From the NCBI RefSeq assembly GCF_000006765.1, contig NC_002516.2: a DNA stretch of 64,000 nt. The stretch is one strand, 5' to 3'. The notes beneath the pieces were generated by a model. The model saw nothing but the letters and a program-made list of their open reading frames with translations. It ran no database searches and had not been told where the DNA came from. Below, piece after piece: positions 8,450 through 17,903 of this stretch (positions are counted from its first letter, which is position 1; the number at the start of each line of letters is the position of its first letter). A program made the translations under genes and the position numbers. This DNA comes from Pseudomonas aeruginosa PAO1. Lineage in GTDB: Bacteria > Pseudomonadota > Gammaproteobacteria > Pseudomonadales > Pseudomonadaceae.

Positions 8450-10159
8450 ATGATCGAGGTCACCGAGGTTTCCATCGCCGAGCTGCGTGACGCGCTCGAG
8501 TCCGGTCGTACCACGGCGGTCGAACTGGTCCAGGCCTACCTGGCGCGGATCGACGCCTACGATGCACCCGGCACGCCCACCGCGCTGAACGCGGTGGTGG
8601 TGCGCAATCCCGATGCGCTGGCCGAAGCGCAGGCCTCCGACGCCCGCCGGGCGCGTGGCGAGCCCCTCGGTCCGCTGGACGGCATTCCCTACACTGCCAA
8701 GGACAGCTACCTGGTCAAGGGCCTCACCGCGGCTTCCGGCAGCCCGGCGTTCAAGGACCTGGTGGCCCAGCGCGATGCCTTCACCGTCGAGCGCCTGCGC
8801 GCCGCCGGGGCGATCTGCCTGGGCAAGACCAACATGCCGCCCATGGCCAACGGCGGCATGCAGCGCGGCGTCTACGGCCGCGCGGAGAGCCCGTACAATG
8901 CCGCCTACCTCACCGCGCCCTTCGCCTCGGGGTCCTCCAATGGCGCCGGCACCGCCACCGCGGCCAGCTTCGCCGCCTTCGGCCTGGCCGAGGAAACCTG
9001 GTCGAGCGGGCGCGGCCCGGCGTCGAACAACGGCCTGTGCGCCTACACCCCTTCGCGCGGGGTGATCTCGGTGCGCGGCAACTGGCCGCTGACGCCGACC
9101 ATGGACGTGGTGGTGCCCTATGCGCGGAGCATGGCCGACCTGCTGGAAATCCTCGACGTAGTGGTCGCCGACGATCCCGATACCCGCGGCGACCTCTGGC
9201 GCATGCAGCCCTGGGTGCCGATCCCCAAGGCCTCCGAGGTACGCCCGGCGAGCTACCCGGCCCTGGCCGCAGGCGCCGAGGCCCTGGCCGGCAAGCGCTT
9301 CGGCGTGCCGCGCATGTTCATCAACGCCGACCCCGATGCGGGCACCAGCGAGTCCCCCGGGATCGGCGGCCCGACCGGCCAGCGCATCCATACCCGGCCC
9401 TCGGTCATCGCCCTCTGGGAACAGGCGCGCAAGGCCCTGGAAGCCGCCGGCGCCGAAGTGATCGAGGTGGACTTCCCGCTGGTGTCGAACTGCGAGGGCG
9501 ACCGACCCGGCGCGCCCACCGTGTTCAACCGCGGCCTGGTGTCGAAGGAATTCCTCCACGACGAGCTGTGGGAACTCTCGGCCTGGGGCTTCGACGACTT
9601 CCTGCGCGCCAATGGCGATCCGAAGCTGAACCGCCTGGCGGATGTCGACGGCCCGCAGATCTTCCCCCACGACCCCGGCACCCTGCCCAACCGCGAGGGC
9701 GACCTGGCCGCCGGCATGGACGAATACGTGCGGATGGCCGAGCGCGGCATCAAGCCCTGGGACCGGATCGCGACCCTCCCCGATGGCCTGCGCGGCCTCG
9801 AGGAAACCCGGCGGATCGACCTCGAGGAGTGGATGCGACGCCTGCGCCTGGACGCCGTGCTCTTCCCCACCGTCGCCGACGTCGGCCCGGCGGACGCCGA
9901 CGTCAACCCGGCCTCGGCCGACATCGCCTGGAGCAACGGTGTCTGGGTCGCCAACGGCAACCTCGCCATCCGCCACCTCGGCGTGCCGACGGTCACCGTA
10001 CCGATGGGGGTGATGGCCGACATCGGCATGCCGGTGGGCCTGACCTTCGCCGGCCGCGCCTACGACGACTCGGCGCTGCTGCGCTTCGCCGCGGCCTTCG
10101 AGTCGACCGGCTCGCGGCGTATCGTGCCGCCGCGTACTCCACCGCTGGCAAGCAAGTGA
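8450..10159 (+). CDS. Amidase-signature family amidase
   Basis: GPLDGIPYTAKD (catalytic Lys), GKTNMP, GSSNG, and ETWSSGRGPAS (nucleophile Ser region). Confidence 0.9.
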   Translation: MIEVTEVSIAELRDALESGRTTAVELVQAYLARIDAYDAPGTPTALNAVVVRNPDALAEAQASDARRARGEPLGPLDGIPYTAKDSYLVKGLTAASGSPAFKDLVAQRDAFTVERLRAAGAICLGKTNMPPMANGGMQRGVYGRAESPYNAAYLTAPFASGSSNGAGTATAASFAAFGLAEETWSSGRGPASNNGLCAYTPSRGVISVRGNWPLTPTMDVVVPYARSMADLLEILDVVVADDPDTRGDLWRMQPWVPIPKASEVRPASYPALAAGAEALAGKRFGVPRMFINADPDAGTSESPGIGGPTGQRIHTRPSVIALWEQARKALEAAGAEVIEVDFPLVSNCEGDRPGAPTVFNRGLVSKEFLHDELWELSAWGFDDFLRANGDPKLNRLADVDGPQIFPHDPGTLPNREGDLAAGMDEYVRMAERGIKPWDRIATLPDGLRGLEETRRIDLEEWMRRLRLDAVLFPTVADVGPADADVNPASADIAWSNGVWVANGNLAIRHLGVPTVTVPMGVMADIGMPVGLTFAGRAYDDSALLRFAAAFESTGSRRIVPPRTPPLASK

Positions 10160-10220
10160 AAGGCGCGGGCGGAAGGCTTCGCGTCTTGCGCCCACGCTCT
10201 TCCGTTCAAGGGAGTTATCG

Positions 10221-10547
10221 ATGCAGCGACTCTTCGTCTACGGCAGCCTCGGCCCCGGCCGTCCCAACGAACACCTGATGCAGAAGATCGGCGGGCAATG
10301 GCAGGCGGCCAGCCTCCGCGGTCGCCTGCTGGAAAAGGGCTGGGGTGCCGGGATGGGCTTTCCGGGCCTGGCGATCGACGCCGACGGCGAGGAAATCCAC
10401 GGCCATGTGTTCGTCTCCGACCGCCTCGCCGAGCACTGGCCCGCGCTGGATGAATTCGAAGGCAGCGAATACCGGCGCGTGGCGACCCGGGTAACGCTGG
10501 CCGACGGCGCCCAGGTCGATGCCTACGTCTACGCCCTGCGCGACTGA
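10221..10547 (+). CDS. Gamma-glutamylcyclotransferase (AIG2-like) protein
   Basis: LFVYGSL, FPGL, LDEFEG..YRR motifs. Confidence 0.8.
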   Translation: MQRLFVYGSLGPGRPNEHLMQKIGGQWQAASLRGRLLEKGWGAGMGFPGLAIDADGEEIHGHVFVSDRLAEHWPALDEFEGSEYRRVATRVTLADGAQVDAYVYALRD

Positions 10548-10562
10548 GCGCTTGCCGGCGGC

Positions 10563-12053
10563 CTAGGGATTCGCACGCAAACCGCGCAGGGTCTTCGCGA
10601 GGACCCCGACCGCCGCCTCCAGCTCGTCCGTGGTGTAGGCGGCGAAGCCCATCAGGAAACCCGCTCGCGGTGGCGCGGCGAGATGCAGGGCGCTGAGCCC
10701 GACCAGCTCGACACCGGCGCGGTATGCCGCCGCGATGGCGCGCGTTTCGTCGATTCCCGCGCAAAGCAGCCCGGGCATCTGTAGCCCGCCGGCCGGCACG
10801 CGCGGCTCGACCAGGCCGCCCAGACGCTTGCCCACCCGCTCCGCGAGGAATCCCAGGCGCTCGCCGTAGAGATTGCGCATGCCGCGCACGTAGGCGCCGA
10901 AGTGGCCGCCGGCGATGAAGCGCGCCAGGGTCAGTTGCGCCAGCGAGGCGTTGTGCCCGTCCTGCAGGGAGCGGGCGACGGTCATCGGCGCCACCAGCGC
11001 CGGCGGCAGGACCATGTAGCCGATGCGCAGGCCGGGAAACAGCGACTTGGTGAACGTGCCGATGTAGAGCGTCCGCTCGTGGGCGTCCAGGCCTTGCACG
11101 CAGGCGGTGGGCCGGCCGGCGTAGTGGAACTCGCTGTCGTAGTCGTCCTCGATGATCCATGCCTGCTGCCGCTGCGCCCATTCGATCAGCGCCAGGCGGC
11201 GCTCCAGCGACAGGGTCACGCCGGTCGGGTAATGGTGCGACGGGGTCAGGCACAGCGCCCGCGCCGCCTGCGGCTGGGCGAGGATCGGCTCGGGCCGCAG
11301 GCCCTGTTCGTCGACCGGGACCGGCAGGCACTCCAGGCCTGCGGCCTCGAAGGCCTTGCGCGCGCCGTAGTAGGCCGGGTCCTCGACGAATATCCGCTCG
11401 CCGGCGTCGAGCAGCACGCTGGCGCAAAGACCCAGCGCCTGTTGCGAACTGGTCAGCACCAGTACCCGGTCGGCCGTGGCCCGTGCGCCACGCTCCAGGT
11501 TGACGTAGTCGGCGATCGCCTGGCGCAGCGGTTCGGCACCCTGCGGGTCGCCATGGGTCAGGGCGCGCGCGCCGTATTCCTTGAGGACCTGGCGCTGCAG
11601 GCGCTCCCAGGTCGCCAGGGGAAAGGTGCGGGTCTCCGGCACGCCGGGAGCGAAGGGGCGCGGGACGAGCTGCTCGCGAACCCCGCCGCCAGCCTGCATC
11701 GCCTCGCCACGCCGGCTCAGTCGCGGCGCGCCGCCGCCCCGTCGTGGAGCGCCCGCGCCGCGCCGGCCGGGGGACAGCCGGGTAGCCGCGGCGACCACGC
11801 TGCCGCTGCCGACCCGACGCTCGATGAAGCCCTCGGCATGCAGGTGCGAATAGGCCGCTTCGACGGTGTCGCGGGATACCCCCAACGACTGCGCCAGCGC
11901 CCGCGAGGCCGGCAACGGATTGCCCGGCGCCAGCGCACCGTCGAGGATCAGTTGGCGGATCGCGCGCTGGATTCGCGCATGCAGCGGCAGGGCCTGGAGC
12001 TGTGGATGGAGGAGGCGCGCCTTGACCGACTCGAGCAGTGACTGCCTGAACAA
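10563..12053 (-). CDS. MocR/GabR-family (GntR HTH + PLP domain) regulator
   Basis: GntR wHTH (LPASRALAQSLGVSRDTV), IIEDDYDSEF, TFTKSLFPGLRIGY with the PLP lysine. TTG start. Confidence 0.9.
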   Translation of the reverse strand: MFRQSLLESVKARLLHPQLQALPLHARIQRAIRQLILDGALAPGNPLPASRALAQSLGVSRDTVEAAYSHLHAEGFIERRVGSGSVVAAATRLSPGRRGAGAPRRGGGAPRLSRRGEAMQAGGGVREQLVPRPFAPGVPETRTFPLATWERLQRQVLKEYGARALTHGDPQGAEPLRQAIADYVNLERGARATADRVLVLTSSQQALGLCASVLLDAGERIFVEDPAYYGARKAFEAAGLECLPVPVDEQGLRPEPILAQPQAARALCLTPSHHYPTGVTLSLERRLALIEWAQRQQAWIIEDDYDSEFHYAGRPTACVQGLDAHERTLYIGTFTKSLFPGLRIGYMVLPPALVAPMTVARSLQDGHNASLAQLTLARFIAGGHFGAYVRGMRNLYGERLGFLAERVGKRLGGLVEPRVPAGGLQMPGLLCAGIDETRAIAAAYRAGVELVGLSALHLAAPPRAGFLMGFAAYTTDELEAAVGVLAKTLRGLRANP

Positions 12054-12184
12054 ATGGTCTGCCCTCGATTATCTAATTGGTGGGGTATGGCAAGCCATTA
12101 GGCGGCTATAAAAACAGCCGGGTCAAGACCCTCGGTCCCGGCCTCCGCCGGATCGCCCCATCAAGCCAAAGAAGGAAGCACTGG

Positions 12185-12643
12185 ATGCAATCCCTGCACA
12201 CACTGGTATCGGTACGCCCCGTGGCACACGAGGACTTCGAGCAGTGGCTCGAATACTGGAAGGCCTACCAGGCGTTCTATGAAGTCGAACTCTCGGCACA
12301 GGCCACCGAGGCCACCTGGCGGCGCTTCTTCGACGAGGGCGAACCGATGCACTGCGCCGTGGCCAGCGACGGTAGCCGCCTGCATGGCATCGTCAACTTC
12401 CTCTACCACCGCTCGACCTGGGCGGCACAGGACGTCTGCTACCTGGAAGACCTCTATGTCTCGCCCGACGTGCGCGGCCAGCAGATCGGCAAGCAGTTGA
12501 TCGAGTACGTCCGCCGGCAGGCCGAGGAACGTCGCTGCGCGCGGCTCTACTGGCATACCCAGGAAAGCAACCACAGGGCACAGCGCCTGTACGACTGGGT
12601 AGCGGACAAGCCGGGTGTGATCGAATACCGCATCGAGCTCTGA
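12185..12643 (+). CDS. GNAT-family acetyltransferase
   Basis: YLEDLYVSPDVRGQQIGKQL acetyl-CoA motif; N..AQRLY. Confidence 0.88.
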   Translation: MQSLHTLVSVRPVAHEDFEQWLEYWKAYQAFYEVELSAQATEATWRRFFDEGEPMHCAVASDGSRLHGIVNFLYHRSTWAAQDVCYLEDLYVSPDVRGQQIGKQLIEYVRRQAEERRCARLYWHTQESNHRAQRLYDWVADKPGVIEYRIEL

Positions 12644-12692
12644 ACCGGCCGCGCGACCGGAGCCTCGGCGCGGCGGACCCTCGACGCGGTTC

Positions 12693-13511
12693 TCAGTCCC
12701 AGGCCGGCGCCAGGCCCTGCGGACTGACCTCGCGGCCGTTACGCTCGAGGCCGGCGATGCGCGCCATGTCCTCGGCGTCCAGGCGCAGGTCGCGCGCCAG
12801 CAGGTTGCTGGCGAGGTTCTCGCGGCGGGTCGAGGACGGAATCACCGCGTAGCCCAGTTGCATCGCCCAGGCCAGCGCCACCTGGGCGACCGTGGCCCGG
12901 TGCCTGGCGGCTATCCCGGCCAGCGTCGGGTCCTTCAGCACCTTGCCGTAGGCCAGGGTCATGTACGAGGTGACCGCGATGCCCTGCTCCTCGAGGTAGG
13001 CGGTCAGCGCGCGGTTCTGCAAGTAAGGGCTGAGTTCGATCTGGTTGGTGGATATCTCGCCCGCACCGACCGCGGCGATGGCCTGGCGGGTCAGTTCGAT
13101 GTTGAAGTTGGAGACGCCGATCCGCCGGGTCAGGCCCAGGGACTTGGCTTCCGCCAGCGCCGCCATGTACTCCCCCAGCTCGACGCCGTTGCCGGGTGCC
13201 GGCCAATGGATCAGGACCAGGTCCAACCGGTCGGTGCGCAGTTTCTCCAGACTCTCGCGCAGGCTGGCGAGCAGCTTTTCGCGGGCGTAGTTGTCGACCC
13301 AGACCTTGGTGGTGAGGAACAGCTCGGAACGCGGTACGCCGCTCTCGGCGATCGCGCGGCCGATATCCGCCTCGTTGCCGTAGATCTGCGCGGTATCGAT
13401 GGCGCGATAGCCCAGTTCGAGGGCGCTGCGCACCGAGTCGACGACGACCTGGCCAGTAAGGCGGAAGGTGCCGAGACCGAAGGACGGGAGGGGGTGGATG
13501 GTGGACGACAT
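12693..13511 (-). CDS. dkgB: Aldo-keto reductase (DkgB-like)
   Basis: [38 protein letters not shown]. Confidence 0.8.
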   Translation of the reverse strand: MSSTIHPLPSFGLGTFRLTGQVVVDSVRSALELGYRAIDTAQIYGNEADIGRAIAESGVPRSELFLTTKVWVDNYAREKLLASLRESLEKLRTDRLDLVLIHWPAPGNGVELGEYMAALAEAKSLGLTRRIGVSNFNIELTRQAIAAVGAGEISTNQIELSPYLQNRALTAYLEEQGIAVTSYMTLAYGKVLKDPTLAGIAARHRATVAQVALAWAMQLGYAVIPSSTRRENLASNLLARDLRLDAEDMARIAGLERNGREVSPQGLAPAWD

Positions 13512-13706
13512 GGCTGCGCTCCGTGGGCGGGATGGCTCGAATGAAGCGCAGTGTGGCGGCTTACTTCTCTTCGATTAAGACCCGAATCGAGCAAATTCAT
13601 TTGCGCTGGAGTCACGAATCCAGACGGCCTTCACGGGAGATATCCAGCGGAAATCCCCGTCAGCCGCTGGCAGGACGCAGTTCATCGGATTCCTGCGAAT
13701 ACTACT

Positions 13707-13725
13707 GATAACGATAATCTCTATC
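13707..13725. promoter_or_regulatory. Fur box upstream of fpvB
   Basis: GATAACGATAATCTCTATC, 16/19 match to the Fur consensus. Confidence 0.85.
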
Positions 13726-13853
13726 ATTTACTCCATTTTTACATTTACATACACTTGCCCCGCCGCGAATTCCTACGCCGGTTTCCCACATAAACAAGAA
13801 ACGCAGCCGGTCGCGCCAACGGCCTGCCTGCGCCGCCATCCAGGACACTGCAG

Positions 13854-16262
13854 ATGAAACACGTCGTTTCCAGTGCGTTATTGCTCGGTCTCTCCTCGCT
13901 TTCCCTGGCCGCCCAGGCCGCTCCCATCGCCCTTGACCTTCCCGCCCAGCCCCTGGCCGCATCCCTCGAGCAATTGCAGGGCGCCAGCGGCCTGCGCATC
14001 CGTTTCGACCGCGCGGCCGTGGCCGACCGGCGCGCACCGGCCCTACGCGGCACGCTGGAGCCAAGCGAGGCACTGCAGCGTCTGCTCGCAGGTTCCGGAC
14101 TGAGCGGGGAGGTTCGGGGCGGCGACGCCTGGGTCGAGGCCGCGGCGACAGGTGCCGGCATCGCCCCCGGCGACAGCGTCGACCTCGGCGCGCTCAGCGT
14201 GGTCGCCACCCAGGACCCGGCCACCGCCGCCATCACCGAAGACAGCGGCTCCTACACCACGCGGGCGATGCGCACCTCGACCAAGCTGGCGATGTCGATC
14301 CGCGAGACCCCTCAGTCGGTCAGCGTGGTCACCCGCCAGCGCATGGACGACCAGGGCATGCGCGACCTCAACGACGCGGTGAAGGGCGTCACCGGCCTCA
14401 CCGTGCAACAGTACGGGCCGGCCCGGGTGAAGTACGCGGCGCGCGGCTTCGACGTCGACAACATCATGTACGACGGCCTGCCGACGAGCATTTCCACCTA
14501 TACCCAGGACGTCATTTCCGCCGCCGACCTGGCCATGTTCGACCGCGTCGAAGTGGTGCGCGGCGCCACCGGACTGATGCAGGGCGCAGGCAACCCGGCG
14601 GCGGCGATCAACATGGTGCGCAAGCGTCCGACCCAGGAGTTCCGCGCCTCCCTGCAAGGCAGCGTCGGCACCTGGGACCGCTATCGCAGCGAGGCCGACG
14701 TTTCCGGCCCGCTGAACAGCGAAGGAACCCTGCGCGGCCGCGCGGTGGTCGCCTACCAGAAAGGCAACAGCTTCCAGGACCACGTCAGCAGCGAACGCGG
14801 CGTGTTCTACGGGATCGCCGAAGCCGACCTGAGCCCGGACACCACCTTCGCCATCGGCGCCTCGAACCAGAACGACAACCGCAACGACAACTGGGTAGGC
14901 CTGCCCAGCCCGCTGGGCGGCCGCCACCTGGACCTCAAGCGCTCGTCCTATTACGGCGCCGACTGGTCCTACTGGGATACCGACACCACCCACCTGTTCA
15001 GCGACCTGACCCACCGCTTCGCCAACGGTTGGCAGATGAAGCTGGCCGCCGACAAGCTGTGGGCGCGAATCAACATGCTCGGGCTGTACAACGACTGCTA
15101 CTACTCGACCACCGGCTGCGCCAGCATGACCCAGAACCCCGGCGACTACAGCTACACCGACGACCACGACAGCTATGACGCCTATGCCAACGGTCCCTTC
15201 CAGTTGCTCGGCCGCGAGCACGAGCTGGTGGTCGGCGCCAGCTATCGCCAGGAACGCTTCGACGGCCACGGCGGCTGGGGCAGCCTGTTCAACAAGGACG
15301 GCACCCCCACCGGGCCGATGGACCCGACCCAGTGGGACCCGAGCTCGACTCTCAAGCCGAGGCTGAACACCAGCCTGTGGGGCATGAAGCTCGACCAGGA
15401 ACAGAAAGGCGCCTACCTCACCACCCGGTTGAACCTCGCCGACCCGCTGAAAGTGATCCTCGGCGGGCGCCTGGACTGGTACAAGGCCGACGCCGATACC
15501 GACAGCTACAAGGTCACCCGCAACGTCACCCGCTATGCCGGGGTGATCTACGACCTGAACCAGACCTACTCGGTCTACGCCAGCTATACCGACATCTTCA
15601 AGCCGCAGAGCAACTTCGACGCCGGCGGCGGCCTGCTCGACCCGATCACCGGCAAGAACTACGAGATCGGCCTGAAGGGCGAACACTTCGGCGGCGCGCT
15701 CAATTCGCAGATCGCGCTGTTCCAGATCGACCAGGAAAACCGCGCCACCGAGGACGTCGGCGGCCCCTCGCCATGCCCCTTCAGCCCCACCTCGCGCTAT
15801 TGCTCGCGCGCTTCGGGCAAGGTCCGCAGCCAGGGCGTCGACCTGGAGCTGAGCGGTGCGCTGAGCGACGACTGGCAGATGATGGCCGGCTATACCTACG
15901 TCGACGCCAAGTACAAGCACGACAGCAACAAGGCCAACGAGGGCAAGCCATTCGACGCGGCCAAGCCACGCCACCTGTTCAAGCTCGCCACCAGCTATAC
16001 GCTACCCGGCGAACTGCACAAATGGCGCGTCGGCGGCGACCTGGCCACCCAGAGCAAGACCGAGGACAGCAGCACCGGTTTCCAGCAGGGCGGCTACACC
16101 GTGGTCAACGCCATGCTCGGCTACAAGGTCAACGAACGGATCGACACGCGGCTGAACTTCAACAACCTGTTCGACAAGTACTATTACAGCGGCATCGACT
16201 TCGGCAACCTCAACTACGGCGAGCCGCGCAACCTGATGTTCACGGTGAAGTACTCGCTCTGA
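13854..16262 (+). CDS. fpvB: TonB-dependent ferri-pyoverdine/xenosiderophore receptor FpvB
   Basis: 802 aa; signal peptide, STN domain, plug (IRETPQSVSVVT; DRVEVVRGATGL), C-terminal YGEPRNLMFTVKYSL; Fur box upstream. Confidence 0.9.
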   Translation: MKHVVSSALLLGLSSLSLAAQAAPIALDLPAQPLAASLEQLQGASGLRIRFDRAAVADRRAPALRGTLEPSEALQRLLAGSGLSGEVRGGDAWVEAAATGAGIAPGDSVDLGALSVVATQDPATAAITEDSGSYTTRAMRTSTKLAMSIRETPQSVSVVTRQRMDDQGMRDLNDAVKGVTGLTVQQYGPARVKYAARGFDVDNIMYDGLPTSISTYTQDVISAADLAMFDRVEVVRGATGLMQGAGNPAAAINMVRKRPTQEFRASLQGSVGTWDRYRSEADVSGPLNSEGTLRGRAVVAYQKGNSFQDHVSSERGVFYGIAEADLSPDTTFAIGASNQNDNRNDNWVGLPSPLGGRHLDLKRSSYYGADWSYWDTDTTHLFSDLTHRFANGWQMKLAADKLWARINMLGLYNDCYYSTTGCASMTQNPGDYSYTDDHDSYDAYANGPFQLLGREHELVVGASYRQERFDGHGGWGSLFNKDGTPTGPMDPTQWDPSSTLKPRLNTSLWGMKLDQEQKGAYLTTRLNLADPLKVILGGRLDWYKADADTDSYKVTRNVTRYAGVIYDLNQTYSVYASYTDIFKPQSNFDAGGGLLDPITGKNYEIGLKGEHFGGALNSQIALFQIDQENRATEDVGGPSPCPFSPTSRYCSRASGKVRSQGVDLELSGALSDDWQMMAGYTYVDAKYKHDSNKANEGKPFDAAKPRHLFKLATSYTLPGELHKWRVGGDLATQSKTEDSSTGFQQGGYTVVNAMLGYKVNERIDTRLNFNNLFDKYYYSGIDFGNLNYGEPRNLMFTVKYSL

Positions 16263-16326
16263 TCCCGGACCGCCGGCGTGCCTCCGCAGGCGCGGCGGCG
16301 GTGTCCGAACGGCCCTTCGAGGCGCC

Positions 16327-16755
16327 TCAGCAGGGCCGATAGCGGCGCTCGAACTCGCTCGCCAACTGCTCCAGCGTGACGCTCCCCAGGCGCTCCAGGA
16401 GCAACGCCTGCGCCGCCTCGAACGCCTCGCCGAGCGCTTCGTTGACCGCCTGCTCGACCAGGCATTCCGGATGATCGGTAGACAGGCCGATGGCGAAGAT
16501 CGAGGACGCTCCCAGCGCCTGGTGGATATCCAGCAAGGTGATGTCCGCCAACGGCTTGGCCAGCCGCCAACCGCCGCGATGGCCCTTCTCCGAACTCACG
16601 TAGCCTTCGTTCTTCAGCAGCGCCATGGTCCGTCGCACCACCACCGGGTTGGTGCCGAGCATCTGCCCGATGGCTTCGGACGTCGCCGGCCCTTCGTGGC
16701 GGGCCATATGGATCAGCACATGGAGCATGCGCGAGAGGCGGGTGTCGTTTCTCAT
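16327..16755 (-). CDS. Rrf2-family transcriptional regulator (YwnA/SifR-like, no three-Cys Fe-S motif)
   Basis: SEAIGQMLGTNPVVVRRTMALLK..GYVSSEKGHRGGWRLAKPLADITLLDI; single Cys in HPECLV. Confidence 0.88.
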   Translation of the reverse strand: MRNDTRLSRMLHVLIHMARHEGPATSEAIGQMLGTNPVVVRRTMALLKNEGYVSSEKGHRGGWRLAKPLADITLLDIHQALGASSIFAIGLSTDHPECLVEQAVNEALGEAFEAAQALLLERLGSVTLEQLASEFERRYRPC

Positions 16756-16791
16756 GAACGGCGGGCTCGTGACGGAAAGACCATGAGTATG

Positions 16792-16858
16792 TCTCGCTAC
16801 AGAAAAAGTTACGAGAGCGTTGACAAGCGCATCTCATGAAACTTACGTTGTTTCGTGA
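16792..16858. promoter_or_regulatory. Two 25-bp inverted-repeat operators flanking a TTGACA -35 element
   Basis: TCTCGCTAC-N7-GTTACGAGA (16792-16816), TCATGAAAC-N7-GTTTCGTGA (16834-16858), TTGACA at 16820-16825. Confidence 0.6.
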
Positions 16859-16880
16859 CTATCCGAATGGGAGATACGCC

Positions 16881-17768
16881 ATGACTTTCGACGTGATCAT
16901 CGTGGGTGGCAGCTACGCCGGCATCTCCGCGGGCATGCAACTGGCGCGGGCGCGGCGCAGGGTGCTGGTGATGGATACGGGACTGCGACGCAACCGCTTC
17001 GCCCGGGCCTCCCACGGCTTTCTCGGCCAGGACGGCCGCGATCCGGCGGCCATCGCCGATGACGCCCGCGCGCAGTTGCTGGCCTATCCCAGCGTCGAGT
17101 GGCTGTCCGAAGCCGCCGTCGCGGCGAAGAAGGAGGCGGACGGTTTCGTGGTGAAGGCCGCCAACGGAGAACGTTTCACCGCGCGCCGGCTGATCCTCGC
17201 CAGCGGGGTCGCCGACGAGCTGCCGGAGATCCCCGGTCTTGCCGAGCGCTGGGGACGGCACGTGTTCCATTGCCCGTATTGCCACGGCTACGAACTGGAC
17301 GGCGGGCCGATTGGCGTACTGGCGGCCTCACCGCTGGCCATCCACCACGCCCTGATGTTGCCCGACTGGGGAGCGACCACCTTTTTCCTCAACGGCGTCT
17401 TCGAACCGGATGCCGAGCAAATGTCCAGGCTGGACCGGCGCGGCGTGACGATCGAGCGCGAAGCCGTGGTCGCGCTGGGCGGCGCGCGCGCCGACGTGAC
17501 CCTGGCCAGTGGCCGCACGATTACGCTCGCGGGGTTGTTCACCCAGCCGCGTACGCGCATGGCCAGCCCGCTGGCGGCGTTGCTCGGCTGCGAGTTCGAG
17601 GACGGCCCGAGCGGGCCGTTCATCAGGACCGACGGCATGCGCGAAACCAGCGTTCCCGGCGTCTTCGCCTGCGGCGACGCGGCGCTGGCGGCCGGCAACG
17701 TCGCCATCGCGGTGGGCGACGGCGCGCGCACCGGTGGCGCGGCGCATCATTCGCTGCTGTTCCGCTGA
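16881..17768 (+). CDS. Thioredoxin-reductase-like FAD/NAD(P) oxidoreductase
   Basis: IIVGGSYAG, LILASG, HCPYCHG redox motif, TSVPGVFACGD. Confidence 0.88.
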   Translation: MTFDVIIVGGSYAGISAGMQLARARRRVLVMDTGLRRNRFARASHGFLGQDGRDPAAIADDARAQLLAYPSVEWLSEAAVAAKKEADGFVVKAANGERFTARRLILASGVADELPEIPGLAERWGRHVFHCPYCHGYELDGGPIGVLAASPLAIHHALMLPDWGATTFFLNGVFEPDAEQMSRLDRRGVTIEREAVVALGGARADVTLASGRTITLAGLFTQPRTRMASPLAALLGCEFEDGPSGPFIRTDGMRETSVPGVFACGDAALAAGNVAIAVGDGARTGGAAHHSLLFR

Positions 17769-17903
17769 CGCCGGAGGCTGACAGGCCAAGGATCCGGCCC
17801 ACCGCCCGGCAAATCTTTCGAACTCCCCGGCGCTCCAGCTTTCCACTCTCCTGCATGTCACGCCACGGCGCCCGCCACGGGCGCCCCAGCAGAGGAGAAA
17901 ACC

